From Candidatus Omnitrophota bacterium (GTDB taxonomy: Bacteria; Omnitrophota; Gorgyraeia; Zapsychrales; JAKLDJ01), in assembly GCA_022703585.1 (NCBI GenBank), contig JAKLDJ010000001.1, forward strand, positions 676,006-740,005: 64,000 bases of DNA, written 5' to 3'. Within the stretch, counting starts at the first letter, position 1, and the number at the start of each line of letters is the position of its first letter. Of the stretch, positions 40,317-48,976 are shown piece after piece. Position numbers and translations under genes: made by a program. Under the pieces are notes generated by a model. The model saw only the letters and a list, made by a program, of their open reading frames with translations, was not told the DNA's origin and ran no database searches.

Positions 40317-40880
40317 ATGAATAGCATTGTTCCGGATGTATTGGCGCGCGCTTCCCAGGGAGATATGGAGGCCTTTGAACAGATGTATAAGGAAACCAGT
40401 GGGTTTGTCTATAGCGTGGCTTTACGGATTACTCGAAACAGCGTAGATGCCGAAGAAGTTACCCAGGATGTTTTTATGAAAATATACCATAGCTTAAAAG
40501 ATTTTGAATTTCGTTCGGCATTTAAGACATGGATATATAGAATTACAGTTAATGCGGCGATCAACCGTTATCGCAAAACCATACGGGAAGGAAAAGGCAG
40601 GGTTAATTACGACAATATCATCGAATCATTGCCCGGCGGTTCTCTGGCATCCGAAGAAGCTGTCCAAAATGATAATGAAGTCAGGGTCGATGCCCTCCTG
40701 GAATTGTTGAGTTCGGAGCATAAGTCGTGTTTAATATTGCGTGAGATCGAGGGGCTAAGTTACCAGGAAATTGCCGCGGCATTAGCTATTCCTGTAAATA
40801 CGGTGCGTTCCCGGCTCAAACGGGCGCGCGAGGCTTTGCTTGAGGCGGCGAGAAAGGGTCTGGTGAAACATGCAATGTAA
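40317..40880 (+). CDS. RNA polymerase sigma-70 factor, ECF subfamily
   Basis: Region 2 (FEQMYKETSGFVYSVALRITRNSVDAEEVTQDVFMKIY) and region 4 (LSYQEIAAALAIPVNTVRSRLKRAREAL). Confidence 0.85.
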   Translation: MNSIVPDVLARASQGDMEAFEQMYKETSGFVYSVALRITRNSVDAEEVTQDVFMKIYHSLKDFEFRSAFKTWIYRITVNAAINRYRKTIREGKGRVNYDNIIESLPGGSLASEEAVQNDNEVRVDALLELLSSEHKSCLILREIEGLSYQEIAAALAIPVNTVRSRLKRAREALLEAARKGLVKHAM

Positions 40881-41355
40881 GAAAATACAAGAATGGCTTA
40901 AATCCGATCACCTAGACGGTGAATGCAGCCCAAAAGAACAAAAGCAGATCAACGAACACTTGGCAAAGTGCGCGCCGTGCCGTCGCCTGGAAAAAGAATT
41001 ACAGGCCCAACGCGTTGTTTTTAATCAGGCAAAACAACTGCAGCCGCCGGAGTATATTTGGAATAATATCCGCGAGGCTATCGCAGCAGAAAATCTAGAG
41101 AACACGGATTGTGTGCGCTCCGGCATTATTGAACGGTTAAGAGAGCTGATCTTAAAACCGCGCCCGGTCTTTGTCCTGTCCAGTGCGCTTACAACGGTCA
41201 TTCTTATTACTGTTTTGACTTCTGCCGTAATCCACAAAAAGCAATTGGCCAGCCAGGAGAATGGACGCGAAATTCTTGCGGAGTATGGTCTAAACGGCGA
41301 TAGTGAGGCATTGCTCTTGGGCCTGGGAACCAGTATTGAAGAATATTTCCTGTAA
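40870..41355 (+). CDS. anti-sigma factor with N-terminal zf-HC2 zinc finger and a single TM helix
   Basis: CxxxxxxxHLAKCAPCRR motif. Overlaps the sigma factor stop by 11 nt. Confidence 0.7.
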   Translation: MQCKKIQEWLKSDHLDGECSPKEQKQINEHLAKCAPCRRLEKELQAQRVVFNQAKQLQPPEYIWNNIREAIAAENLENTDCVRSGIIERLRELILKPRPVFVLSSALTTVILITVLTSAVIHKKQLASQENGREILAEYGLNGDSEALLLGLGTSIEEYFL

Positions 41356-41408
41356 GGGAACTTTTTTGAATTGAGAAATGTCTAAGTTAGTGAAAGGAGG
41401 AACGAAAA

Positions 41409-41951
41409 ATGGATAAACTAAAAACGGTGCTCGTTGGTTTGGCAGTAATTTTCTTAATAGGGGGTGTGGCCTATGCCCAGCCGGAAGGTGAAGGTTTGGT
41501 TTCGGATGATGGTTCCGGGCCAGAGGCAAGTATGCCTCGGCATGATCAAAATTTACAAAAAGGAGATAGGCGTGGGTCCAAGGGCGGCATTTTAAAGGAA
41601 CTGAATCTGACTCCGGAACAGCAGGAAAAACTGGAGGCTAATCGTAAGGCCCAGCGCGAAGAAACAGCCAAGTTATTTGCCGCGATGAAAGAAAAGCAGG
41701 CAAAGTTGAAAGAAGAGCTTACAAATCCCGCTGTCACCAAAGAGGCTGTTGCGCCCATCGTTAGCGAAATAAAATCTTTGCAGGAGCAGTTAACCGACCG
41801 CAGGGTTGACGGCATTCTTGCGGTAAAGGAGATCTTAACTCCTGAGCAGTTTGAAAAGTTTCAGCAGCTGACAGAAAAGCGTCCGGAAAAAGGAAAAGGC
41901 CGTTTTGGTAACCGGCGCGAAAAGAGGGAAAATAAAAAAGGCATGGAATAG
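41409..41951 (+). CDS. periplasmic CpxP/Spy/ZraP-family (LTxxQ motif) stress protein
   Basis: Signal peptide, then two LTPEQ motifs (LTPEQQEKLEANRK, LTPEQFEKFQQL). Confidence 0.65.
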   Translation: MDKLKTVLVGLAVIFLIGGVAYAQPEGEGLVSDDGSGPEASMPRHDQNLQKGDRRGSKGGILKELNLTPEQQEKLEANRKAQREETAKLFAAMKEKQAKLKEELTNPAVTKEAVAPIVSEIKSLQEQLTDRRVDGILAVKEILTPEQFEKFQQLTEKRPEKGKGRFGNRREKRENKKGME

Positions 41952-42006
41952 AACGAGAAGCAGGAAATTTTATCCCTCTTGTTTTATCGGAGATTAGTGT
42001 TTAAAA

Positions 42007-42040
42007 GGGCAACTCGCTAGCGCGAGTTGCCCTTTTTCGT
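42007..42040 (+). terminator. rho-independent terminator GGGCAACTCGC-tagc-GCGAGTTGCCC followed by TTTTTCG
   Basis: Perfect 11-bp stem and a T-run. Confidence 0.8.
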
Positions 42041-42069
42041 TTGTGCATAATGGATGCATGGAGTAGAAT

Positions 42070-42807
42070 GTGGACATGCGGATTTTCAATAACCTATTTG
42101 GGTGGTCGACAATGATTAAATCAGCAAAGCTCGTAGGGACAGGAGGCCTGAGGGCTGTTATTTTATACGGATTCTTTCTAAGCGGATGTTCGACGGTCAA
42201 TTTTTCTGCCAATTATTATACCCCTCCGGAAAATTATCAATATGAGATTGTACAATTATGGCAAAAATTGCAGGTGCAGCTTAAACTCCAAGACGGATAC
42301 AAGGTTAACCTGATCGAAGGCAAAGACGCGAACAAACAAAAAGGCATCCCCTTTATTTCCGGCCAAACTGTATTTCTTCCCAAAGACTTTGTCAAATACG
42401 TCTACCAAAACTATTATGATGACCGTTTCAAAATACTGACCAATGTCATCGCGCATGAGGTGTGCCATCCGGAATATAATCTGCCCAGCAAGCCGCCGGA
42501 TGAACATGCTAAGACGGATTTCGCGGCCATAAAGCTTTTAGGGTCGAATGCGGAAACCGCCGAGTATTATTATAAATCTCTGTATGTGATGAGAAATTAT
42601 TGGTTTGCCCGTAAGGGCATGGCCGGGCATGCCCTCAATGCCGGGTGGAATATGATGAGTGCCGCTTCCCTGGTTTTCGGTGGCCCGACGTTCTTTATGG
42701 ATTTGTACGCTACGGACTTGGACCGAAGAATGAAACTGATTTCAAAAGAATATAAGTTGAGTTCCAACGCATGTTTTAAACAAACTCACGAAACGATAAA
42801 GAACTAA
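42070..42807 (+). CDS. lipoprotein with HExxH zinc-metallopeptidase motif, hypothetical
   Basis: Lipobox LSGC and IAHEVCHPEY. An alternative start is the ATG at 42112. Confidence 0.5.
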   Translation: MDMRIFNNLFGWSTMIKSAKLVGTGGLRAVILYGFFLSGCSTVNFSANYYTPPENYQYEIVQLWQKLQVQLKLQDGYKVNLIEGKDANKQKGIPFISGQTVFLPKDFVKYVYQNYYDDRFKILTNVIAHEVCHPEYNLPSKPPDEHAKTDFAAIKLLGSNAETAEYYYKSLYVMRNYWFARKGMAGHALNAGWNMMSAASLVFGGPTFFMDLYATDLDRRMKLISKEYKLSSNACFKQTHETIKN

Positions 42808-42914
42808 GAAGTCAAGGCCCAGGCCCCAAAACATGTTGGTGGCCAAGGATACCCGGCAGAGGTTCCTAAATTATCTTGAAAAAAGCATTAGTCCGTATAG
42901 AATATAGCTAACCG

Positions 42915-43736
42915 ATGGATAAAATGATCGAATTTTTTAAGGATCTTTCCCCTATAGCACAGGCTGGTCTCGCCGGTATTTTTACATGGGCAGTTACTGC
43001 TGTCGGAGCCGCCTGCGTATTTGCGGCAAGGACTGCCAGCCAGAAAATCCTTGACGCTATGCTGGGTTTTGCCGCCGGTGTTATGATCGCTGCCAGCTTC
43101 TGGTCATTGTTAGCTCCGGCCATAGAAATGTCGCAAGAACAGGGCGGTCTTTCCTGGTTTCCGGCTGCCTGTGGTTTTCTCTTAGGGGCGGCTTTTTTAA
43201 GGCTCATTGACAAAATACTTCCGCATCTTCATCTCGGGTTTTCTATGGGGGAGGAGGAAGGTGTTAAAACCTCGTGGAAGCGCACGACTCTGCTTTTTTT
43301 GGCGATAACATTGCATAATATTCCCGAAGGCCTTGCTATAGGGGTTGCCTTTGGAGCTGTGGCGGCAGGATTTTCTTCGGCGACACTGATAGGGGCGGTG
43401 GCGTTAACCATAGGGATAGGCATTCAGAATTTCCCCGAGGGGTTTGCCGTGTCAATGCCGTTACGCAGAGAAGGGATGTCGCGGTTAAAGAGTTTTTGGT
43501 ATGGGCAGTTGTCGGCCGTTGTCGAACCTTTGGCGGCTGTTACCGGAGCGGCTGCGGTATTGGCCGCGAAGCCCTTATTGCCGTATGCCCTGGCGTTTGC
43601 GGCGGGGGCGATGATTTTTGTCGTGGTCGAACAGGTTATTCCAGAATCCCAGCATAAAGGCAATACGGATATCGCTACGGCGGGAACTATTATGGGCTTT
43701 TTGGTTATGATGATTCTGGATGTGGCTCTTGGGTAG
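42915..43736 (+). CDS. zupT: ZIP-family zinc transporter ZupT
   Basis: HNIPEGLAIGVAFGA and QNFPEGFAVSMPL motifs, with 8 TM helices. Confidence 0.85.
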   Translation: MDKMIEFFKDLSPIAQAGLAGIFTWAVTAVGAACVFAARTASQKILDAMLGFAAGVMIAASFWSLLAPAIEMSQEQGGLSWFPAACGFLLGAAFLRLIDKILPHLHLGFSMGEEEGVKTSWKRTTLLFLAITLHNIPEGLAIGVAFGAVAAGFSSATLIGAVALTIGIGIQNFPEGFAVSMPLRREGMSRLKSFWYGQLSAVVEPLAAVTGAAAVLAAKPLLPYALAFAAGAMIFVVVEQVIPESQHKGNTDIATAGTIMGFLVMMILDVALG

Positions 43737-43770
43737 AGGATAAAACGACAATACCAAGAGGATAGTTTAA

Positions 43771-43811
43771 GGGCGCCCCCCGCCTTTGGCGGGGGGCGCC
43801 CCGTTTATTTT
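43771..43811 (+). terminator. GC-rich hairpin terminator GGGCGCCCCCCGCC-tttg-GCGGGGGGCGCCC followed by CGTTTATTTTT
   Basis: Exact reverse-complement copy of the hairpin at 39433-39463. Confidence 0.75.
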
Positions 43812-43999
43812 TCTACTTTCAAAAAATAAAAATTTAGTATACAATACTGCCCATATGATTGGCACGGTATTGAGCAGGCACGCTTAAAAGACAACTCCCG
43901 CGGGGGTTGTCTTTTTTTGTAATTTCTTAAAACTCTAAGGCCCGTGCGGTTTAAGGTATTTTAAGGGATAAAAATTATCTAAAGAAGAAAGAGGGAGTC

Positions 44000-46900
44000 A
44001 TGCCCAGACGTAAAGACATCAAGAAGGTTCTCATTATCGGTTCCGGTCCCATTATTATCGGCCAGGCCTGCGAGTTTGATTATTCCGGGACGCAAGCCTG
44101 CAAGGCCCTTAAAGAGGAAGGCTTTGAGGTGGTTTTGGTTAATTCCAATCCCGCCACCATTATGACCGATCCCGGCATGGCGGATAAAACCTATATTGAA
44201 CCTCTTACTCTGGAAAGCCTGACAGCCGTTATTGAAAAAGAGCGGCCCGACGGACTTTTGCCTAACTTAGGCGGCCAGACGGGGCTTAATCTTTCTTCTC
44301 TTCTAAATAAATCCGGCGTTTTAAAGAAATACGGTGTCGAAATTATCGGTGTTAAGGCCGATGCCATTGAACGCGGCGAAGACCGTATTGCTTTTAAAGA
44401 TACAATGAACAAACTCGGAATCGGTATGCCAAAATCCGAGCCCTCGCATTCGGTGGAAGAAGCGGAAAAGATCGCAGAAAAACTGGGATATCCGGTTGTG
44501 TTGCGGCCTGCTTATACTTTGGGCGGGACCGGCGGCGGAATGGCGTACAATGTTGAAGAATTGCGTACGATTGTCACCCGCGGACTGGCGGCGAGTATTG
44601 TCCACCAAGTCTTGGTCGAAGAATCGGTATTCGGGTGGGAAGAGCTTGAGTTGGAAGTAGTCCGAGATGAAAAGAATCACAAGATTACGGTTTGTTTTAT
44701 TGAGAATATCGATGCCATGGGCGTTCACACCGGAGACAGTTTTTGCGCGGCACCGATGCTGACCGTCCCCTTGCCGTTACAAAAACGGATGCAGGAATTA
44801 TCTTACAAAATTGTCGATGCCATCGGCGTTATCGGCGGCACCAATATTCAGTTTGCCCATAATCCCAAAGACGACCGGCTGGTGGTTATCGAGATCAATC
44901 CCCGCACCTCGCGCTCCTCGGCTCTGGCGTCTAAGGCGACGGGCTTTCCCATCGCCCGAATATCGACAAAGCTGGCCGCGGGTCTCAACATGGAGGAGAT
45001 CCCTTATTGGAAGAAAGGGACGCTGGAAAAATATGAACCCAGCGGCGACTATGTGGTCATTAAATTTGCCCGATGGGCCTTTGAAAAATTCCCCCAGGCC
45101 AAAGATATTTTGGGAACGCAAATGAGGGCCGTGGGTGAAGTCATGAGCATTGCTAAAACATTTAAAGAAGCTTTTCAAAAATCTATCCGGTCTCTGGAGA
45201 TCAAACGTTACGGCTTGGGCGGGGCCAAGGATTTTAAAGAGATGCCGTTAGATAAGCTCAAGCAAAAACTCGCTGTGCCTTCCAGTGAACGGGTATTTTT
45301 GATGTATGAGGCGCTGCGAAAAGGGATGAGCGTCGAGGAGCTTCACCGCATGACCTTTATCGGCCGCTGGTTTATTGAACAGATGAAAGAGTTGGTCGAA
45401 TTTGAAGAAGGGCTGTTGAAGTTGAAATGGTCCAGTCTTCCTAAGGAGAAATTAGCGGAGGCAAAAGAATTAGGATTCGCGGATCGCTATTTGGCCAATC
45501 TTTTTGGAATTACGGAAAAAGAAGTCAGGGAAAAACGCATCGCGATCGGTAAAACCGTGCGCTTTGAGGCCGTGCCGGTGAGCGGTGTTAAAAACGCCGC
45601 CTATTATTATTCAACATACCACGATGTCAAAGACCAGGTACCGGTTTCAAAAAAGAAAAAGATCATGATTTTAGGCGGCGGCCCAAACCGTATCGGCCAG
45701 GGAATCGAATTTGATTATACCTGTGTGCATGCGGCCTTTGCGCTGCGCGACGGAGGTTACGAATCGATCATGGTCAACTGTAATCCGGAGACGGTTTCCA
45801 CGGATTACGATACGTCGGATAAACTTTATTTTGAACCCTTGACTGTTGAAGACGTTTTAAATATTTACCATAAAGAAAAACCCGACGGGGTTATTGTTCA
45901 GTTCGGCGGGCAGACACCTTTAAATATTGCCCAAGAATTAAAGGATAACGGCGTTACGATTTTAGGGACGAGCCCGGAGAGTATTCATTTTGCCGAAGAC
46001 CGGGAACGTTTCCGCGAGAAAATGATTGAGCTAAATATCCTTCAGCCGGAAGGCGCGACGGCTAGGTCTTATAAAGAGGCGATTACGATTGCCCATAAAA
46101 TCGGTTATCCCTTGATGGTCCGGCCTTCGTATGTACTCGGCGGCAGGGGTATGGAGGTTATTTATGACGATGCCTCGCTGGAAAAATATGCCCTCGAGGC
46201 CATAAAGGTCAGCCCCGAGCATCCGATGCTGATTGACCGATTCTTAGAAAAGGCCATTGAAACCGAAGTCGATGCCTTAGCCGACGGCGAAGAGACATTT
46301 GTCGCTTCAGTTATGGAACATATCGAATTGGCGGGAGTTCATTCCGGTGATTCCGCCTGCTCGATACCGACTAGAACGATAAAAGAAGAGCATCTTAAAA
46401 CCATTCAGAAATATACCGAGGCTATTACGAAAGAATTAAAGGTCGTGGGGCTGATGAATATTCAGTTTGCCATTTGCGATGACAAGGTCTATATCCTTGA
46501 GGCCAATCCCCGCGCCTCCCGGACCGTGCCTATCGTTTCAAAGGTAACCGGTGTTTCCATGGCGCGGATAGCGACTGAAATCATGATGGGAAAGAAGCTT
46601 AAGGATTTTCCCGAGCTTAAAGTCAAAAAGATCCCTTATGTGGGAGTTAAAGAGGCTGTCTTTCCTTTTAATATGTTCCCCGAGGTTGACCCGGTGCTGG
46701 GCCCGGAAATGAGGGCTACCGGCGAGGTCATGGGTCTCGCGGATACCTTCGGGCTCGCTTTTTATAAGGCCCAGGAGGCGGCAGGCTACAAATTACCCTT
46801 GGAAGGTAACGTGCTGTTAACCGTAGCCGAAAAAAACAAAGAAGAATTGTTGCCTATCGCGAAAGCCATCGAATCGTTAGGGTTCACGATCTTTGCGACT

Positions 46901-47203
46901 GAAGGAACAAGCCTGTATTTAAATAAACATCACGTAAAAAATACTTTGATCAAGAAACTGCACGAGGGAAGGCCCAATATTGCCGACGCCATCAAGAATG
47001 ACGAGCTGCAACTTATCATTAATACGCCCGTGGGCAAAGATAGCAAGTACGATGACAGCTATATTCGCATGATGGCGATTCAACGTAAAATTCCTTATGT
47101 GACCTCGATTGCGGCGGCGCAGGCAACTGTTGCCGGCATCGAAGAGACAAAGAAAAATAAAACCGCGCCCAAATCATTGCAGGAATATCACTCCTTACTT
47201 TAG
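44000..47203 (+). CDS. carB: carbamoyl-phosphate synthase large subunit
   Basis: 1067 aa with duplicated ATP-grasp halves and a C-terminal MGS-like domain. N-terminus KKVLIIGSGPIIIGQACEFDYSGTQA. Confidence 0.95.
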   Translation: MPRRKDIKKVLIIGSGPIIIGQACEFDYSGTQACKALKEEGFEVVLVNSNPATIMTDPGMADKTYIEPLTLESLTAVIEKERPDGLLPNLGGQTGLNLSSLLNKSGVLKKYGVEIIGVKADAIERGEDRIAFKDTMNKLGIGMPKSEPSHSVEEAEKIAEKLGYPVVLRPAYTLGGTGGGMAYNVEELRTIVTRGLAASIVHQVLVEESVFGWEELELEVVRDEKNHKITVCFIENIDAMGVHTGDSFCAAPMLTVPLPLQKRMQELSYKIVDAIGVIGGTNIQFAHNPKDDRLVVIEINPRTSRSSALASKATGFPIARISTKLAAGLNMEEIPYWKKGTLEKYEPSGDYVVIKFARWAFEKFPQAKDILGTQMRAVGEVMSIAKTFKEAFQKSIRSLEIKRYGLGGAKDFKEMPLDKLKQKLAVPSSERVFLMYEALRKGMSVEELHRMTFIGRWFIEQMKELVEFEEGLLKLKWSSLPKEKLAEAKELGFADRYLANLFGITEKEVREKRIAIGKTVRFEAVPVSGVKNAAYYYSTYHDVKDQVPVSKKKKIMILGGGPNRIGQGIEFDYTCVHAAFALRDGGYESIMVNCNPETVSTDYDTSDKLYFEPLTVEDVLNIYHKEKPDGVIVQFGGQTPLNIAQELKDNGVTILGTSPESIHFAEDRERFREKMIELNILQPEGATARSYKEAITIAHKIGYPLMVRPSYVLGGRGMEVIYDDASLEKYALEAIKVSPEHPMLIDRFLEKAIETEVDALADGEETFVASVMEHIELAGVHSGDSACSIPTRTIKEEHLKTIQKYTEAITKELKVVGLMNIQFAICDDKVYILEANPRASRTVPIVSKVTGVSMARIATEIMMGKKLKDFPELKVKKIPYVGVKEAVFPFNMFPEVDPVLGPEMRATGEVMGLADTFGLAFYKAQEAAGYKLPLEGNVLLTVAEKNKEELLPIAKAIESLGFTIFATEGTSLYLNKHHVKNTLIKKLHEGRPNIADAIKNDELQLIINTPVGKDSKYDDSYIRMMAIQRKIPYVTSIAAAQATVAGIEETKKNKTAPKSLQEYHSLL

Positions 47204-47243
47204 TTCTGGGGAGAGAATAGGTATCTAAGATTTAGCGATGATT

Positions 47244-47282
47244 GGGCGCACAAAAAGCCCCGGAAGGCGGGGCTTTTTGTGC
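47244..47282. terminator. long perfect hairpin GGGCGCACAAAAAGCCCCG-gaag-GCGGGGCTTTTTGTGCGCCC (bidirectional-terminator-like)
   Basis: 19-bp perfect stem containing internal A5/T5 tracts, directly after carB. Confidence 0.7.
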
Positions 47283-47324
47283 GCCCACTATAAAATTTAA
47301 TTTGTTCCGATAGCGGAGATCGTC

Positions 47325-48326
47325 TTGAAAGAACCGAAAGAGACCCCGGACAAGGTAAAGCTTCCCAGCCATTTTGTTACCCCTGAGAAAGCGAAACATC
47401 ACGCGGAAATTCTATCGAACCGCGTGCGCAATCGTTTTCGCCATTTGGCAAAACGTTTTAAGCGCCAGAATATTGATTGTTTTCGCCTCTACGATTGGGA
47501 TATCCCGGAGGTACGCGCGGTCGTGGATTGGTACGCCGGCCACATTGTTGTTGCGGAATACGAGAGGCTACAGACCGGGCCCGAATGGCTGCCTCAAATG
47601 GCAGCAGCCGTAGCCGCGACGTTGAGCCTTCCTTCGGAGAAGGTGCACATCAAGCGCCGCCATACCAATACTAAAGAAGGGCCGCGTTACGAAAAACTGG
47701 ATTCCAAGGGATTGCGCTTTGAGGTGCGCGAACGCAACCTGCGCTTCTGGGTGAATCTGGATGATTTTCTGGATACGGGATTGTATTCGGATCACCGGGA
47801 TACCCGCGTTATTGTGGGAAATCTCGCCAAGAATCAGGATTTCCTAAATCTTTATGCCTATACGGGCGCATTTACCTGCGCGGCAGCGGCAGGCAATGCC
47901 AAGATGACGCTGACGGTGGACCGGTCCGCCAATTACCTTAAGTGGGCCAAGGATAATATGGTATTAAACGGGCTTGCCGGCCCACAGCATACTTTTGTCC
48001 AATCCGATGCCAGGAAGTTCTTATCCGAAGCCTACCATGACGGCCGTCGATTTACGCTGGCGTTCGTCGACCCGCCGTCATTTTCCCGGGATGAAAAAGA
48101 GGGGATGTCCTTTGATGTTAACAAAGATCACCCGGATCTGATCCGAAGTGTTTTAAAGGTGATGGCGCCGAATTCAATTGTATTCTTTTCAACCAATCAC
48201 CAGCGTTTTGAGCCCCGCTTAGAAGGTTTGCCGTTTAAGGGTTTGATTGAGTTGACTCCCAAAACCATTCCCGAAGACTACCGTAACCGTGCAATTCACC
48301 GTTGCTGGAAAATAACGACAGCGTAA
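47325..48326 (+). CDS. class I SAM-dependent rRNA methyltransferase (RlmI/RlmK-like)
   Basis: TTG start. SAM-binding LNLYAYTGAFTCAAA, FVDPPSFS and DxF motifs typical of the RlmI/YwbD family. Confidence 0.6.
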   Translation: MKEPKETPDKVKLPSHFVTPEKAKHHAEILSNRVRNRFRHLAKRFKRQNIDCFRLYDWDIPEVRAVVDWYAGHIVVAEYERLQTGPEWLPQMAAAVAATLSLPSEKVHIKRRHTNTKEGPRYEKLDSKGLRFEVRERNLRFWVNLDDFLDTGLYSDHRDTRVIVGNLAKNQDFLNLYAYTGAFTCAAAAGNAKMTLTVDRSANYLKWAKDNMVLNGLAGPQHTFVQSDARKFLSEAYHDGRRFTLAFVDPPSFSRDEKEGMSFDVNKDHPDLIRSVLKVMAPNSIVFFSTNHQRFEPRLEGLPFKGLIELTPKTIPEDYRNRAIHRCWKITTA

Positions 48327-48408
48327 ATACAGCGTGTTTTGTGTTAAAATGATCTTACAATAACGACTGGAACCCTATAGTCCGGCTATCATAGAATGGA
48401 GAGGCAAA

Positions 48409-48771
48409 ATGAATAAAAACATGTTTGGAAAATTTATCCCAAATACGTTCTCGGTGCTTTTGATTGTCTTGACGGTGACGGTCTTTATGGGAAAAGACAA
48501 TTGCCTTGCCCAGGCTCCCGTAACCTTTAGTTTTAATGAGCAAACCCTCTACGATATTTATATTGGCGGAGAAAATGCCGCGGTGATCCGCGGTGTCAAT
48601 ATTCTGCGTCAGGCAGAGATCAACGGAAAGGTTTTTATCGTTATCAAGCCCTCGGGGTTTGCCTTGACCGAACACCAGGGCTATATCAGTTTTGACGCTA
48701 TTCAGGCGGTTTTGCCGGCGATTAGTTATCGGGTGGATGTAATGAAAGGATTTAATTTCATTCACCGGTAA
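48409..48771 (+). CDS. small secreted protein, hypothetical
   Basis: Signal peptide (LAQA). 120 aa. Confidence 0.45.
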   Translation: MNKNMFGKFIPNTFSVLLIVLTVTVFMGKDNCLAQAPVTFSFNEQTLYDIYIGGENAAVIRGVNILRQAEINGKVFIVIKPSGFALTEHQGYISFDAIQAVLPAISYRVDVMKGFNFIHR

Positions 48772-48788
48772 GTGTGCCTAAAAGCGAA

Positions 48789-48834
48789 GGGGCAGCACCC
48801 TTTTTTGATTATTCTTTTAAAAGGGTGCTGCCCC
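48789..48834. terminator. hairpin GGGGCAGCACCCTTTT...AAAAGGGTGCTGCCCC
   Basis: 16-bp perfect arms flanking a 10-nt AT-rich loop. Confidence 0.6.
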
Positions 48835-48976
48835 AGACCATTTAATAATAAATTTTTAAAGCCGTACTTACCCCTAGAATTTCTTGCCAGAGAGGAATGT
48901 TGCTCATATAATACCTTTAGGATCGCGTGCTCAGAGTTTATCAAAAGCGGGCACGGCTCAAAACACTTCTCATCGT

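Noticed and set aside
44000-47203. carB without an adjacent carA (small subunit).
   Set aside because: carA and carB are unlinked in many genomes, so this is not anomalous on its own.
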